Assembly (NCBI GenBank): GCA_965216755.1
Contig: CBDCGL010000011.1
Span: 3,232,001 to 3,296,000 of the forward strand
DNA: 64,000 nucleotides
Direction of reading: 5' to 3'
Source: Alphaproteobacteria bacterium
Lineage (GTDB): Bacteria > Pseudomonadota > Alphaproteobacteria > UBA7887
Part shown: piece after piece, positions 30,377 to 42,168 of the stretch
Layout of the letters: each line of letters begins with the position of its first letter
How positions within the stretch are numbered: position 1 is the first letter of the stretch
Program-made: the position numbers and the translations under genes
Notes under the pieces: generated by a model
Seen by the model: only the letters and a program-made list of their open reading frames with translations
What the model was told of the DNA's origin: nothing
Databases searched by the model: none

Positions 30377-31420
30377 ATGGCACCCTCGGATCTGTCCAAC
30401 CAGCCCTTGCTGCGCAGCCTACGTGGCGAAATACAATCGCGACCGCCATGGTGGTTGATGCGCCAGGCTGGCCGGTATTTGCCGGAATATCGCGCATTAC
30501 GGTCGCGTACCGGGACCTTTCTAGACCTGTGCTACACACCGGATTTGGCGTGCGAGGTGACGCTGCAACCAATCCGTCGGTTTCATCCCGACGCCGCGAT
30601 CCTGTTTTCCGACATCTTGGTGGTACCGGACGCCATGGGCCAAGAGGTCGGGTTCAAACCGGATCACGGCCCAGTGCTGACGCCGATTCGCGATCGCGGC
30701 GCGATAAAGGCACTGACGGCGCAGGGCATGGTGGAAGCTTTGGCGCCGGTCTATCAGGCGATCGCTCAGATCCGGACCGCATTGCCCAAAGACGTGACGT
30801 TGATCGGCTTTGCCGGCGCGCCATGGACGGTGGCGACATATATGGTCGAAGGCGGCACGTCGCGGGATTTCCGTACGGTGAAAGGCTGGGCCTACGCCGA
30901 CCCGCTTTCGTTCCAAAGCCTGATCGATTTGTTGGTCGAGGCGACCATCAGCCACCTTGACGCGCAGGTCAATGCCGGCGCGCAAGTCCTGCAATTGTTC
31001 GAAAGCTGGGCCGGTATCCTGCCGGCGGCGGCCTTTGGGCGCTGGTGTGTGCGCCCCGTCGCGGACATCGTGGCCGTCTTGAAGAAGCGCCATCCAGAGG
31101 TGCCGATCATCGCCTTTCCGCGCGGTGCCGGCATCTTGTACGACGGTTATGGCGACGCGACCGGTGTCGATTGCGTTGGCCTGGACGCCATGGTGCCGCT
31201 GGATTGGGCGGCGCACACACTGCAAGGCAAGACGGCGCTGCAAGGCAACCTAGATCCGATCATGCTGTGTGTCGGTGGCGCGCCAATGGCGGCGGCGGTT
31301 GGCGAAATTTTGACCGCGCTAAACGTGGCGCCCTTTATCTTCAATTTGGGCCATGGTGTCTTGCCGCAAACGCCGATCGCCCATGTTGAGGCGCTGGCCG
31401 GGTTGCTTCGGGACCATTGA
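30377..31420 (+). CDS. hemE: Uroporphyrinogen decarboxylase
   Basis: WLMRQAGRYLPEY, DAAILFSDIL, IGFAGAPWT, QGNLDP, NLGHG. Confidence 0.98.
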   Translation: MAPSDLSNQPLLRSLRGEIQSRPPWWLMRQAGRYLPEYRALRSRTGTFLDLCYTPDLACEVTLQPIRRFHPDAAILFSDILVVPDAMGQEVGFKPDHGPVLTPIRDRGAIKALTAQGMVEALAPVYQAIAQIRTALPKDVTLIGFAGAPWTVATYMVEGGTSRDFRTVKGWAYADPLSFQSLIDLLVEATISHLDAQVNAGAQVLQLFESWAGILPAAAFGRWCVRPVADIVAVLKKRHPEVPIIAFPRGAGILYDGYGDATGVDCVGLDAMVPLDWAAHTLQGKTALQGNLDPIMLCVGGAPMAAAVGEILTALNVAPFIFNLGHGVLPQTPIAHVEALAGLLRDH

Positions 31421-31430
31421 GGGGACCGCC

Positions 31431-32480
31431 GTGGCACGTCGCATTGCGGTGGTGTTGTTCAACCTCGGCGGCCCCGACAATCTTGCCGCCGTGCGGCCCT
31501 TTTTGTTCAATCTGTTCCATGATCCGGCGATCATCGCGGTACCGCAGCCATTGCGCTGGTTGTTGGCGAAGTTCATCGCCGCGCGGCGCGCACCGGTGGC
31601 GCGGCAGATTTATCGGCAAATGGGTGGGCGCTCGCCGCTTCGGGCGGAAACCGATCGGCAGGCAGCGGCGTTGGCCGCGAGTTTGACCGACGACAACGAT
31701 GATGCCAATCAGTTCCTGGTCACTATCGCCATGCGTTATTGGCACCCTTTGAGCGACGAGGCGGCCAGAGCCGTCAAGGCATTCGCACCGGATGAAATCG
31801 TTTTGCTGCCGCTTTATCCGCAGTTTTCAGCAACCACGACCGGGTCGTCGTTGCGTGCGTGGTTAGGGGCGGCCGCCGCGGCCGGCGTCACGGCGCCAAC
31901 CCACGCGGTCGGATGCTATCCGGACCATCCCGCCTTGGCGCGTGCTCAAGCGGCTTTGATCGCGACCGCCGTCGCGCAGCTCGATGCGCCCGTGCGGCTT
32001 CTGTTTTCAGCGCATGGGTTGCCCAAGCGGCGGGTTGAACGTGGCGATCCCTATCAATGGCAGGTGGAACGTACCGCCGCTGCCGTCGTCGCCGCGCTCG
32101 GTCGTGCGGATCTGGAATGGGTGGTTTGTTACCAAAGTCGGGTTGGTCCGCTGGAATGGATCGGGCCGGCCACCGACGACGAGATTAGACGTGCCGGTGC
32201 CGACGGGATGGCGGTGGTGGTGGTGCCGATCGCGTTCGTCTCCGAGCATTCGGAGACGCTGGTGGAGTTGGACATCGAGTATCGCGAATTGGCGGAACAG
32301 TCGGGCGTGCCCAACTATGTGCGGGTCCCGGCTTTGGGCGACGATGCGACATTCATCCAAGGTTTGGCTTCTCTGGTGCGCCAGGCCATGAGCGGACCGG
32401 CGATGGCCGCATATGGCGCGGCGCGTTGTCCCGACTCATTCGCCAAGTGTGCCTGCCGCGTCGGAGGTGCTTGTGTTTGA
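31431..32480 (+). CDS. hemH: Ferrochelatase
   Basis: NLGGP, MRYWHP, PLYPQFS, SAHGLP, YQSRVG, SEHSETLVELD. Confidence 0.97.
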   Translation: MARRIAVVLFNLGGPDNLAAVRPFLFNLFHDPAIIAVPQPLRWLLAKFIAARRAPVARQIYRQMGGRSPLRAETDRQAAALAASLTDDNDDANQFLVTIAMRYWHPLSDEAARAVKAFAPDEIVLLPLYPQFSATTTGSSLRAWLGAAAAAGVTAPTHAVGCYPDHPALARAQAALIATAVAQLDAPVRLLFSAHGLPKRRVERGDPYQWQVERTAAAVVAALGRADLEWVVCYQSRVGPLEWIGPATDDEIRRAGADGMAVVVVPIAFVSEHSETLVELDIEYRELAEQSGVPNYVRVPALGDDATFIQGLASLVRQAMSGPAMAAYGAARCPDSFAKCACRVGGACV

Positions 32481-32922
32481 CGCCTTGGCCCCGCTGTATT
32501 TGTGGTTCAAAGCGCTCCATATCATTGCGGTGATCGCCTGGATGGCGGGATTGCTCTATTTGCCGCGTCTGTTCGTTTACCATTGCGACGCGGCGGTCGG
32601 CTCGGCCCAATCCGAGATGTTCAAGATCATGGAACGCCGACTGCTGCGCGCGATCATGACGCCGGCCATGCTGGTGTCTTGGCTGTTTGGACTGTTGCTT
32701 CTTGCCACGCCGGGCGCGGTTGATTTCGGCAGTCGCTGGATATACGCCAAGATCGCCCTGGTTCTGGCATTGAGCGGTCTGCACGGGGCGATGGCATCGT
32801 GGCGCCGCGACTTCGCCAATGACACGAACCGGAGGTCCGCGCACTATTACCGGATCGCCAACGAACTTCCAACGCTGTTGATGATTGGCATTGTGATCCT
32901 GGCGATCGTCAAGCCGTTCTGA
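32473..32922 (+). CDS. hemJ: Protoporphyrinogen IX oxidase HemJ
   Basis: KALHIIAVIAWMAGLLYLPRLFVYH, MERRL, NELPT, VKPF. Confidence 0.96.
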   Translation: MFDALAPLYLWFKALHIIAVIAWMAGLLYLPRLFVYHCDAAVGSAQSEMFKIMERRLLRAIMTPAMLVSWLFGLLLLATPGAVDFGSRWIYAKIALVLALSGLHGAMASWRRDFANDTNRRSAHYYRIANELPTLLMIGIVILAIVKPF

Positions 32923-32977
32923 ACACGCCGCGAGAGCACTTTGCCCGAGCGGCGCGGAAATGGTGATACGTCAGCGT

Positions 32978-33006
32978 TTGACTATGTCTGCCAAGTGCAC
33001 TAAATA
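32978..33006 (+). promoter_or_regulatory. Putative sigma70 promoter of rho with ~180-nt leader
   Basis: TTGACT-N17-TAAATA. Confidence 0.55.
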
Positions 33007-33190
33007 ACAAACATCTCCGACGCGCTTCTGAGCGAAAGAACGCCGGACTGCCTTCACTCAACGCTGCTGTACCCGACCGCGACGATGGTCGTCACCGTTT
33101 CGACGGGATTCGATACGCTGCACCCGCGCAATGCGATGAAAGAAAACGGGTGATGGCACGCAGACAGCCCCCCAACTGCTTCCACAGGCC

Positions 33191-34447
33191 ATGAACCTCC
33201 AGGAACTGAAACAAAAGAACCCCAATCAGCTGCTCGATTATGCCGAGGAGTGCGGGGTCGAAAATGCCAGTACGCTGCGCAAGCAAGATCTTCTTTTCGC
33301 CATACTGAAGCAACTCGCCGAGAGCGAGGTTCCGATCTTTGGTGACGGTGTTCTCGAGATCCTGCAAGACGGCTTCGGATTTCTACGTTCACCGGAATCC
33401 AATTATCTGCCGGGGCCGGACGATATTTATGTCTCGCCAAGCCAAATCCGACGCTTCGGGTTGCGCACCGGCGATACGGTCGAAGGCCAGATCCGCCAGC
33501 CGAAAGAAGGTGAACGATATTTCGCGCTGTTGAAGATCAAGGCGATCAATTTCGAGGAACCGGAAAAAGCTCGCCACAAGATCAATTTCGACAATCTGAC
33601 CCCGCTTTATCCTGACGAGCGGTTGCGGTTGGAAATTGATTCCGGTGATCTGAAAGAATTGAGTTGCCGTGTGATCGACTTGGTTGCGCCGTTGGGCAAG
33701 GGGCAACGCGGCTTGATCGTGGCGCCGCCGCGCACGGGCAAAACCGTGTTGCTGCAAAATATTGCCCACTCGATTACCGCCAACCATCCGGAAGTCTACT
33801 TGATTGTCTTGCTGATCGACGAGCGGCCGGAAGAGGTGACAGACATGCAACGGTCCGTGAACGGCGAGGTAATCAGCTCGACGTTCGACGAACCAGCGGC
33901 GCGCCATGTGCAAGTTGCGGAAATGGTCAGCGAGAAAGCCAAGCGGCTGACCGAACATGGTCGCGACGTGGTGATCTTGTTGGATTCGATTACGCGCCTG
34001 GCACGCGCCTACAACACCGTCGTGCCGTCGTCCGGCAAGGTGTTGACTGGCGGTGTTGATGCCAACGCGTTGCAGCGACCCAAGCGGTTTTTCGGCGCGG
34101 CCCGCAATATTGAACAAGGCGGATCCTTGACCATTGTTGCGACCGCTTTGATTGACACCGGTTCGCGCATGGACGAAGTGATCTTTGAAGAGTTCAAGGG
34201 AACCGGCAATTCGGAGATCGTCCTGGATCGCAAGATTGCGGACAAACGGACCTTCCCGGCGATCGATATCGGCAAGTCGGGCACGCGCAAGGAAGAGCTG
34301 CTGTGCGACAAGGGCGAACTCTCAAAAATGTGGGTGCTGCGCCGGATTTTGACGCCAATGGGTGTGGTCGACGCGATGGAGTTTCTGCTCGATAAGCTCA
34401 AGGGCGCGAAGTCCAATAACGACTTCTTCGAATCGATGAATACCTAG
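33191..34447 (+). CDS. rho: Transcription termination factor Rho
   Basis: [37 protein letters not shown]. Confidence 0.99.
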   Translation: MNLQELKQKNPNQLLDYAEECGVENASTLRKQDLLFAILKQLAESEVPIFGDGVLEILQDGFGFLRSPESNYLPGPDDIYVSPSQIRRFGLRTGDTVEGQIRQPKEGERYFALLKIKAINFEEPEKARHKINFDNLTPLYPDERLRLEIDSGDLKELSCRVIDLVAPLGKGQRGLIVAPPRTGKTVLLQNIAHSITANHPEVYLIVLLIDERPEEVTDMQRSVNGEVISSTFDEPAARHVQVAEMVSEKAKRLTEHGRDVVILLDSITRLARAYNTVVPSSGKVLTGGVDANALQRPKRFFGAARNIEQGGSLTIVATALIDTGSRMDEVIFEEFKGTGNSEIVLDRKIADKRTFPAIDIGKSGTRKEELLCDKGELSKMWVLRRILTPMGVVDAMEFLLDKLKGAKSNNDFFESMNT

Positions 34448-34482
34448 GGCATTTCAGGGTTACTCGTCGGCCCCAGACAGAC

Positions 34483-34514
34483 AAAAGCCGGCGCGATCGA
34501 CTGATCGCACCGGC
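34483..34514 (-). terminator. Intrinsic terminator between convergent rho and qor
   Basis: Hairpin GCCGG(C)GCGATC-gact-GATCGC(A)CCGGC preceded by AAAA, which is a U-tract on the minus strand. Confidence 0.7.
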
Positions 34515-34534
34515 GCTTGCGTATCGCGGCGTCC

Positions 34535-35539
34535 TTATTCAGGCGAGAAGACGGTGGATCCGGTGGTCTTGCGACCTTCAAGATGGCTGTGCGCCTGGAC
34601 GGCGTCACTCAATCTATAGCGATTGTTGATTTCGATCTTGACATCGCCGCTGCGGACCACGTCGAACAACGCATTCGCCGAGGCGACCAAATCATCGCGC
34701 GACGCGGTATAGGTCATCAGGGTCGGGCGGGTGACATAGAGCGAGCCCTTAGCCGCCAAAATACCCAGATCGACGTCGGGAATCTTGCCTGACGATTGGC
34801 CAAACGTAACCATGACGCCGAACGGGCGCAGGCAATCCAACGATTGCATAAAGGTGTCTTTTCCGACCGAGTCGTAAACCACCGGCAAACCGGCGTCGTC
34901 GGTCAGGTCACGTACTTTTTCGACAAAGTTTTCGGTCTTGTAGAGGATCGGATGGTCGCAACCATGGGCGCGGGCAAGTTCGGCTTTTTCCTCTGACCCA
35001 ACGGTGCCGATCACCGTCGCACCAAGAGCTTTGGCCCATTGACAGGCAATCAGGCCGACACCGCCGGCCGCGGCATGAAACAGAATGGTGTCACCGGGTT
35101 TGACCACGTAAGTGCGGCGAAGAAGATATTCGGCGGTCATGCCTTTGAGCATCATGGCCGCGGCTTGGTCGTCGGCCACGCCGTCGGGCACGCGGACCAT
35201 GCGATCGGCGGGCATCAGGCGAGCTTGCGCATAAGCGCCTGCGGGCGGTGAAGCGTACGCCACGCGATCGCCAACGGTGATACCGGTGCAATCCGGACCG
35301 ACGGCTTCGACGACACCGGCGGCCTCCAGGCCTGGAATGAACGGCAATGTGGCTTGCGGGTACATGCCAGTGCGGAAATAGGTATCGATGTAGTTGAGGC
35401 CGATTGCGGTATGGCGAAGGAGAATTTGACCACTGCCGGGATCACCGACGTCGTCCTGTTCCCATTTGAGGACCTCGGGTCCCCCATGTTCATGAACGCG
35501 AATGGCGTGTGTTTTCATCGTTTGAACCTCTGACGACAA
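34535..35539 (-). CDS. qor: NADPH:quinone oxidoreductase (zeta-crystallin family)
   Basis: GGPEVL, GLNYID, HAAAGGVG, YDSVGKDT, KGSLYVTRP. Start may be 35518. Confidence 0.93.
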   Translation of the reverse strand: MSSEVQTMKTHAIRVHEHGGPEVLKWEQDDVGDPGSGQILLRHTAIGLNYIDTYFRTGMYPQATLPFIPGLEAAGVVEAVGPDCTGITVGDRVAYASPPAGAYAQARLMPADRMVRVPDGVADDQAAAMMLKGMTAEYLLRRTYVVKPGDTILFHAAAGGVGLIACQWAKALGATVIGTVGSEEKAELARAHGCDHPILYKTENFVEKVRDLTDDAGLPVVYDSVGKDTFMQSLDCLRPFGVMVTFGQSSGKIPDVDLGILAAKGSLYVTRPTLMTYTASRDDLVASANALFDVVRSGDVKIEINNRYRLSDAVQAHSHLEGRKTTGSTVFSPE

Positions 35540-35548
35540 GACAAGAAA

Positions 35549-36250
35549 CTACGTGAGATGCGCGGCCAGGAAATCCGCAGTGCGTTGGTCAGCCCGGTTC
35601 GCGGCGGTGGCGTCATAATGTTCACCAGCGGTGCGGGCGAAGGCATGGTCCATGCCGGGATAGCTGTGAATCGTCACGGCCCCGTGGGATTTGAGGCCGG
35701 CCGCAATCGCGGCTTGAGCGTCCGGCGGACAAAATTGATCGTTTTCGGCGACGTGCAGCATAAGCGGTTTTGTGATTGAGGCCGCTTCATCCAGAGCTTT
35801 TTCAATCCCGACGCCGTAATAGCCGATGGCGCAGTCAGTATCGGTGCGGGTTGCCGTGAGATAGGCAAGCTTGCCGCCCAAACAGTAACCAATGGCGCCG
35901 ACTTTGCCGGTACAGCCGTTTTGTTTGCGCAAGAAATCAACGGTGGCGGCAATATCGCTAACGCCGGTGGCCTCGTCGAAGCCTTGATAGAGGGCGAACG
36001 CTTTGTCCCATTCGGCTTGGCTTCGGTCGGTGATCTCAACGCCAGGCTCCTGACGCCAAAACAGATCGGGGCAAGCGACCATATAGCCGAGGGACGCCAG
36101 GTGTTCCGCGATTTCGCGCATCACCGGATTGATGCCAAAGATCTCTTGAATCAAAACCACCCCTGGCACGGTGTGACCGGGGGTCTGCGTGACATAGGCG
36201 GCAAACGTACGGTCGTCTGCCGCCGTGATATCGACATAGCGTGCTGGCAT
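35549..36250 (-). CDS. Dienelactone hydrolase-family protein
   Basis: QEIFG, nucleophile motif GYCLGG, YYG, HAF. Confidence 0.93.
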   Translation of the reverse strand: MPARYVDITAADDRTFAAYVTQTPGHTVPGVVLIQEIFGINPVMREIAEHLASLGYMVACPDLFWRQEPGVEITDRSQAEWDKAFALYQGFDEATGVSDIAATVDFLRKQNGCTGKVGAIGYCLGGKLAYLTATRTDTDCAIGYYGVGIEKALDEAASITKPLMLHVAENDQFCPPDAQAAIAAGLKSHGAVTIHSYPGMDHAFARTAGEHYDATAANRADQRTADFLAAHLT

Positions 36251-36383
36251 AGCGGGCCTCGCAACCCAAACGTGACGGAAACGACAACACTCTAGCGCGC
36301 AGTCGCCAGGAAGTCACCGCGCCGCCGATGCGATTCAGCCGTGCCGTCGCGGACACTGCAAGGTTGCGCAGACAAGACAAGCG

Positions 36384-38402
36384 CTATGTGAGTTGTGTGT
36401 GTAGCGCCTTTGGATCGGTAACCGGCAACGAGCAGGTCGCGTGGCGACAGACGTAAGCGGTGGCCTTGCCACCGATCTGTGTCTTGCCGTTGGCGGGATG
36501 GGTGTCGGGGAGTGTTTGATCGGGGGCGATCGGCAGAACGATGATGTCAGGGTCGGCCGCGTCAGTGATGACGGCACGGAGGCGGCGCATGTCGGGATCG
36601 TCGGTTGCGCCGACCAATACGACCTGTAAGCCGGCTGTATAGAGCGCGCAGTTATTCAGAAACGTGGCGGCCGCCAAGGGCGATCGAATCGCCGTGCCGG
36701 CAAAGGCGCGAATCAGGGCGTCCGCGCGTGTACGGTAGCTGTCGCGTCCGGTGAGAAAATAAAGACGCGCAAGGACACCCAACATGGTGCCGTTGCCCGT
36801 CGGCGTGGCGTCATCGGTGATGGTTTTTGTGCGCACGATCAGGTTGTTCGCGTCATGCGCGGTAAAGAAATAGCCGCCGTTTTGCGAATCCCAAAACAGA
36901 TCATCGGCGGTTGCGACCCAGCGCGCGGCATCCTCGATAAAACGCTTCGTACCGGTCGCTTCAAACAGCGCCAGACCGGCGGCGGCCATGGCGGCGTGGT
37001 CGTCGAGCAACGACGCATCAGCATGTTTACCCTGACGAGTCGCGTGATACAGCCGGCCGTCGAAGTCCAGCGTTTCGACGATCGCGTCATAAGCGGCGAG
37101 CGCCGCGTTCAGCCACGCGGGCCTAGCAAATGCGACCGCGGCATTAGTTATCGATGCAATCATAAGCCCATTCCAATCGGCCAGGACTTTGTCATCCCAA
37201 CCCGGCGCGACCCGCTTGGTGCGCGCCTGGAAAAGAGTTGTGCGCATCGCCACGAGACGTTGTTCGGCCTGCGTATCAGCGAGAGTGGGCACGCGCAGGC
37301 GATGCAAGATGTTGTTTCCTTCCCAATTGCCAGCTGCGGTCACGTCATAGGTTTGTTTGAACAGCACCGCGCCCGGTCCGAGTAGGTCGTCGATCTCGGA
37401 TTCGGTCCAGACGTAAAATTTGCCTTCTTCACCTTCGCTGTCGGCGTCGAAGCTGGCGGCGAAGGCGCCATCGTCGGCAACCATTTCGCGCAAAACCCAT
37501 GCGATGGTTTCCTGAATGCGCGCGGCATAGAGCGGCGATTTGCCGCGGCGCCAAACGAGGGTCAGCAAATCAATGAGTTGCGCATTGTCGTAGAGCATTT
37601 TTTCGAAATGTGGCACCAGCCACATCGCATCGGTGGCGTATCGGGCGAAACCGCCGCCGAGATGATCGTAAATGCCGCCCTGACACATGCGGTCGCAGGT
37701 GACATCGACGGCATTGTGGAGATCTTGACTGCCGGTGCGCAAAAAAGCGCGCCAGAGCAGCAGAAACAAGGGCACGTGGGGGAACTTTGGTGCCCCTCGC
37801 AAGCCGCCAAGGACGGGGTCAATTTGGGCAAGGAGCGTGCGGGCCGCCCTGTCGAGGGTCGCCGTTGTCGGTGCGGAGCCGGGCTGGTTCACGGCAATTT
37901 TGTCGAGCGCGTTGCGTAGCGCATCGACATTCTTGGTCACGCGGCCAGGGTCCTCGTGATAGATCCGGGCGATTTGCCGCAAAATCTCAGAAAACGCGGG
38001 GCGTCCATGGCGCGGTTCAGGCGGAAAATAAGTCCCGCCCCAAAATGGCGCGCGATCAGGGGTGAGGAACATGGTCAGGGGCCAGCCGCCATGTTCACCC
38101 AGCAATGCCAGGGCGGTTTGGTAAATGCTATCAATATCAGGCCGTTCTTCACGGTCGACCTTGATCGACACGAACAACTCGTTCATGACGTGCGCGATGT
38201 CTTGATTTTCAAAGCTTTCGTGTGCCATGACGTGGCACCAATGGCAGGCGGCATAGCCCACAGACAACAGAATGGGCTTGTCTTCGGTGCGCGCCCGTGC
38301 GAAGGCGGCATCACCCCAAGGCAGCCAATGCACCGGATTGTCTTTGTGCTGCAATAGATAGGGGCTGGTTTCGTTGGCCAGCTCGTTGCGGTGGCTATCC
38401 AT
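36384..38402 (-). CDS. YyaL/DUF255 thioredoxin-domain protein (SPATA20-like)
   Basis: [45 protein letters not shown]. Confidence 0.93.
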   Translation of the reverse strand: MDSHRNELANETSPYLLQHKDNPVHWLPWGDAAFARARTEDKPILLSVGYAACHWCHVMAHESFENQDIAHVMNELFVSIKVDREERPDIDSIYQTALALLGEHGGWPLTMFLTPDRAPFWGGTYFPPEPRHGRPAFSEILRQIARIYHEDPGRVTKNVDALRNALDKIAVNQPGSAPTTATLDRAARTLLAQIDPVLGGLRGAPKFPHVPLFLLLWRAFLRTGSQDLHNAVDVTCDRMCQGGIYDHLGGGFARYATDAMWLVPHFEKMLYDNAQLIDLLTLVWRRGKSPLYAARIQETIAWVLREMVADDGAFAASFDADSEGEEGKFYVWTESEIDDLLGPGAVLFKQTYDVTAAGNWEGNNILHRLRVPTLADTQAEQRLVAMRTTLFQARTKRVAPGWDDKVLADWNGLMIASITNAAVAFARPAWLNAALAAYDAIVETLDFDGRLYHATRQGKHADASLLDDHAAMAAAGLALFEATGTKRFIEDAARWVATADDLFWDSQNGGYFFTAHDANNLIVRTKTITDDATPTGNGTMLGVLARLYFLTGRDSYRTRADALIRAFAGTAIRSPLAAATFLNNCALYTAGLQVVLVGATDDPDMRRLRAVITDAADPDIIVLPIAPDQTLPDTHPANGKTQIGGKATAYVCRHATCSLPVTDPKALHTQLT

Positions 38403-38511
38403 GGTGGGGTTCCAAGTGCTGGGGCGGCGGCCGCCGCGTGAGGGCGGAACTTGTAGCATAAGCGCGGCACGAATCCGCGCATGACAGCAATGGTAGATGG
38501 GAAGGCACAGG

Positions 38512-38856
38512 ATGAGTGGAAACGGCGACGATCCGGCACCGTTTTATGAACGCCACGTGTTTTGCTGTACGAACGTTCGGCCCCAAGGTCATCCGCGCGG
38601 CTGTTGCAGCGAGAAAGACGCGGTGCGACTGCGCAACTATATGAAAGCGCGGGCAAAAGAACTCAACCTAACGAACGTGCGGATCAACGCGTCAGGGTGT
38701 CTGGATCGATGCGAACTGGGCCCCACCGTCGTGATTTATCCCGAAGGTGTGTGGTATCGCTGTTCGACGGTGGCCGACGTCGACGACGTTCTGGAGCAGC
38801 ATGTGGTAAAGGGGGAGCGTGTCGGGCGCCTGATGTTGCGGCCCGAGGACGGATAG
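38512..38856 (+). CDS. Thioredoxin-like [2Fe-2S] ferredoxin
   Basis: [30 protein letters not shown]. Confidence 0.9.
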   Translation: MSGNGDDPAPFYERHVFCCTNVRPQGHPRGCCSEKDAVRLRNYMKARAKELNLTNVRINASGCLDRCELGPTVVIYPEGVWYRCSTVADVDDVLEQHVVKGERVGRLMLRPEDG

Positions 38857-38877
38857 GAACGTCGGCGCAACCCGAGG

Positions 38878-40221
38878 ATGTTTGAGGACGACACGATCTT
38901 CGCCCAATCGACGGCGCCGGGTCGGGCCGCCATTGCGGTGGTGCGGTTGAGTGGTACGCGGACCGAGGACGTTGTCGCGGACCTAGCCGGGGATCTGCCG
39001 AAGCCGCGACGGGCGAGTTTAAGGACCTTGCGTGACCCGGGCGATGGCCGCGTTCTGGACGAAGCATTGGTGCTGTGGCTCCCGAAACCGAAAAGCTTTA
39101 CCGGCGAGGACATGGCCGAACTGCAGGTGCATGGTGGGCACGCGGTGGTCGCCGGCATCATCGCCTGCTTGGCGCGCCAAAAGGACTTGCGGCCGGCCGA
39201 ACCCGGGGAGTTTAGCCGCCGGGCATTCGTGAACGGGCGGTTGGATTTGACCGCCGCGGAAGGCCTTGCCGACTTGATCGATGCGGAGACGGTGCTGCAA
39301 AGAGATCAGGCGCTGCGGCAAATGGGCGGCGCGTTGGGTTTGGTCTATGAGACGTGGCGACAGCGACTGATTGGGACGATGGCCCTGGTTACCGCGAGTC
39401 TCGATTTCTCCGATGAGGAATTGCCGGCGGACTTGTTACGGGAAGCGAAGGGCGAGGCGGCGGCGGTGGCCGCCGAGATTGGCGGACATCTGGCAGATCA
39501 ACGGCGCGGGGAGCGCATGCGCAGCGGGTTTTTGGTCGCCATCGTGGGCCCGCCCAATGCCGGGAAATCGAGCTTGCTCAATCGGTTGGCGGGCCGGGAG
39601 GCGGCGATTGTCAGCAGCCGAGCGGGAACCACGCGTGACGTGGTCGAGGTGCATTTGGACTTGGCCGGGTTGCCGGTGACCATGGCCGATACAGCGGGTT
39701 TGCAGGCGACCGAAGATGAAATAGAGGCCGAGGGGGTGCGGCGTGCGCTGGTGCGCAGTGCCGACGCGGATTTGACATTGTGCGTGGTGGATGGGGCCAA
39801 TCCAGAAGGGTTGGCGCCAGAGGCACGGGGGATGGTTGAAGGTGGCGCGACCCTGGTGGTGAATAAGGCGGATTTGTTTGGGGCTGCGCCGCTGTTTGCA
39901 GCGCAAGGTCGGTCGGTTCACCGCATATCGTGCAGGTCGGGGCAAGGGATCGATGGGGTGGTTGAGGAGGTTGTACGGCAATTGCGCGCGGGGAGCGGCC
40001 TGGCCGGGGGTGGCGGACCGGTGCCGCTGACCCGGGCGAGGCATCGGCTGGCGCTGGAGATATGCGCGACGGCGTTGGGGCGAATAGCGGAGCTGGACGA
40101 GGAAACGCTGATTGCGGAGGAATTGCGCGAGGCGGCCGTTGCGCTCGGGCGAATCACGGGACGGATTGATGTCGAGGATATATTGGATCAAGTGTTTGGT
40201 AGTTTCTGTATTGGGAAGTGA
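38878..40221 (+). CDS. mnmE: tRNA modification GTPase MnmE
   Basis: SFTGED, GPPNAGKSS, GTTRD, DTAG, NKAD, C-terminal FCIGK. Confidence 0.98.
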   Translation: MFEDDTIFAQSTAPGRAAIAVVRLSGTRTEDVVADLAGDLPKPRRASLRTLRDPGDGRVLDEALVLWLPKPKSFTGEDMAELQVHGGHAVVAGIIACLARQKDLRPAEPGEFSRRAFVNGRLDLTAAEGLADLIDAETVLQRDQALRQMGGALGLVYETWRQRLIGTMALVTASLDFSDEELPADLLREAKGEAAAVAAEIGGHLADQRRGERMRSGFLVAIVGPPNAGKSSLLNRLAGREAAIVSSRAGTTRDVVEVHLDLAGLPVTMADTAGLQATEDEIEAEGVRRALVRSADADLTLCVVDGANPEGLAPEARGMVEGGATLVVNKADLFGAAPLFAAQGRSVHRISCRSGQGIDGVVEEVVRQLRAGSGLAGGGGPVPLTRARHRLALEICATALGRIAELDEETLIAEELREAAVALGRITGRIDVEDILDQVFGSFCIGK

Positions 40222-40230
40222 GGGGGCGCG

Positions 40231-40250
40231 AATGTTTCACGTGAAACATT
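40231..40250. promoter_or_regulatory. parS centromere site 1
   Basis: Perfect palindrome AATGTTTCACGTGAAACATT; the core matches the parS consensus TGTTTCACGTGAAACA. Confidence 0.95.
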
Positions 40251-40302
40251 GCGGACGGGACAGGGTGTGTAAGGGACGAAGGACAAGGCGGGATATCCGG
40301 CG

Positions 40303-42168
40303 ATGACGGACGCCGACGTGATTGTGGTTGGTGGTGGGCATGCGGGGTGCGAAGCCGCGGCGGCGGCGGCGCGCATGGGAGCTCAGACCCTGCTCGTCAC
40401 CCATAGCAGAGACTCGCTCGGCACCATGTCGTGCAATCCGGCGATTGGGGGCATCGGGAAGGGCACCCTGGTGCGCGAGATTGATGCGCTTGACGGCCTG
40501 ATGGGCCGTGTGGCCGATGCGGCCGGGATCCAATTCCGCACATTGAACCTGCGCAAGGGACCGGCTGTTTGGGGGCCGCGCAGCCAAGCCGATCGCAAAC
40601 TGTACCGAGAGGGCATGACGGCGGCGGTTTTGGATCAGGCCGGGTTGGACGTGCGCGAGGGCACGGTCGAAGACTTGGTGTTGGATCGAACCGGGGCTGT
40701 GGCGGGCATTGTTCTGAATAGCGGAGCGGTGTTATCGGCCGGCAGCGTGGTGATTACCACGGGGACATTTTTGCGCGGCGTTATCCATATCGGACTCGAA
40801 CAGACTCCAGCGGGGCGATTGGGAGATGCGTCGGCCGTGGGTTTGGCGCGGCGGTTCGATGCATTGGGCGTGCGGTTGGGACGGTTGAAGACCGGGACAC
40901 CGCCGCGTCTCGATGGCGCAAGCCTGTGTTTGGATGGGTTGGATTGGCAGCATCCGGAAGATCCGCCGCGGCCATTTTCGTTTCTCACGAAAAATATCAC
41001 GACACCGCAGATCCCGTGCGCGATCACATACACAACAGCCGCGACGCACGCGCTGATCCGCGCCAATCTCGACAAATCGGCGATCTATGGCGGCGCGATT
41101 AGTGGGGCGGGGCCGCGTTATTGTCCGTCGATTGAGGACAAGGTCGTCCGGTTTTCAGAGCGGTCGCAGCATCGCATTTTCTTGGAACCCGAAGGGCTGC
41201 ACGACACGACAGTCTATCCGAACGGGATTTCGACGTCGCTTCCGGCGGACGTGCAATTGCTCATGGTGCGTTCCATTCCAGGACTTGAACGGGCGGCAAT
41301 AATTCGGCCCGGTTATGCGGTGGAATATGACTTCATCGATCCGCGCCAACTGGCGCCGACGTTGGAGCTTCAGCATGTACCGAGCCTTTTCCTTGCCGGT
41401 CAAATCAACGGCACGACCGGGTATGAGGAAGCAGCCGCGCAAGGCGTGATCGCCGGTATCAATGCCGGCCTGCGCGCGGGTGGGGGTGCGCCGTTCGTTG
41501 TCGACCGCGCGGAAAGCATGACCGGTGTGATGATCGATGACCTGACCACGCTTGGGACGAAGGAACCCTATCGAATGTTTACCGCGCGCGCGGAGTATCG
41601 CTTGGCCCTTCGGCCTGATAACGCCGATGCCCGGTTGACAGAGAAAGGCGTGCGCGTCGGCGCGGTCGGCGGCACCCGCGCACGGGTACATGCGGAGAAG
41701 AATGTCGCTATCGAGACGGCAAGGGCAAGATTGCGAAACGTGCGTGTCGACCGAGAAAATGCGGCACGGCTGGGAGTCGTGCTGCGCGATGGCGTGGGCA
41801 GTCGCGATGGTTGTGAGATCCTTGGCCAGCCGGGTGTGACAGTCGACAAGCTTGCCGTTATCGCGCCCGCGCTGGCCGGGATGCGTCGGGACGTGGCGGA
41901 GCAGCTCAAGATCGAGGCCCAGTACGCAAGCTACCTGCACAGGCAAGAACGCGAGGTGGCGCGGTATCGGCGCGAAAGCGCGGTGATCGTGCCGGCTGGT
42001 TTGAACTTCGGCGCAGTTGGGGGACTCTCGAACGAATGCCGCGAAAAGTTGAATGCGGCGCGCCCAGCTTCACTGGCCGCCGCGGCGCGGATTCCCGGCG
42101 TCACCCCGGCGGCGCTGACGGCCTTGCTGGTGTATTTACGCCGCGACTCGGCGACAAACGGGGCGTGA
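40303..42168 (+). CDS. mnmG: tRNA U34 carboxymethylaminomethyl modification enzyme MnmG
   Basis: [49 protein letters not shown]. Confidence 0.98.
   Translation: MTDADVIVVGGGHAGCEAAAAAARMGAQTLLVTHSRDSLGTMSCNPAIGGIGKGTLVREIDALDGLMGRVADAAGIQFRTLNLRKGPAVWGPRSQADRKLYREGMTAAVLDQAGLDVREGTVEDLVLDRTGAVAGIVLNSGAVLSAGSVVITTGTFLRGVIHIGLEQTPAGRLGDASAVGLARRFDALGVRLGRLKTGTPPRLDGASLCLDGLDWQHPEDPPRPFSFLTKNITTPQIPCAITYTTAATHALIRANLDKSAIYGGAISGAGPRYCPSIEDKVVRFSERSQHRIFLEPEGLHDTTVYPNGISTSLPADVQLLMVRSIPGLERAAIIRPGYAVEYDFIDPRQLAPTLELQHVPSLFLAGQINGTTGYEEAAAQGVIAGINAGLRAGGGAPFVVDRAESMTGVMIDDLTTLGTKEPYRMFTARAEYRLALRPDNADARLTEKGVRVGAVGGTRARVHAEKNVAIETARARLRNVRVDRENAARLGVVLRDGVGSRDGCEILGQPGVTVDKLAVIAPALAGMRRDVAEQLKIEAQYASYLHRQEREVARYRRESAVIVPAGLNFGAVGGLSNECREKLNAARPASLAAAARIPGVTPAALTALLVYLRRDSATNGA

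Noticed and set aside
34535-38856. qor/DLH/yyaL/ferredoxin between rho and mnmE as a genomic island
   Set aside because: Composition looks like the surroundings, there are no mobility genes or flanking repeats, and these are common housekeeping families.
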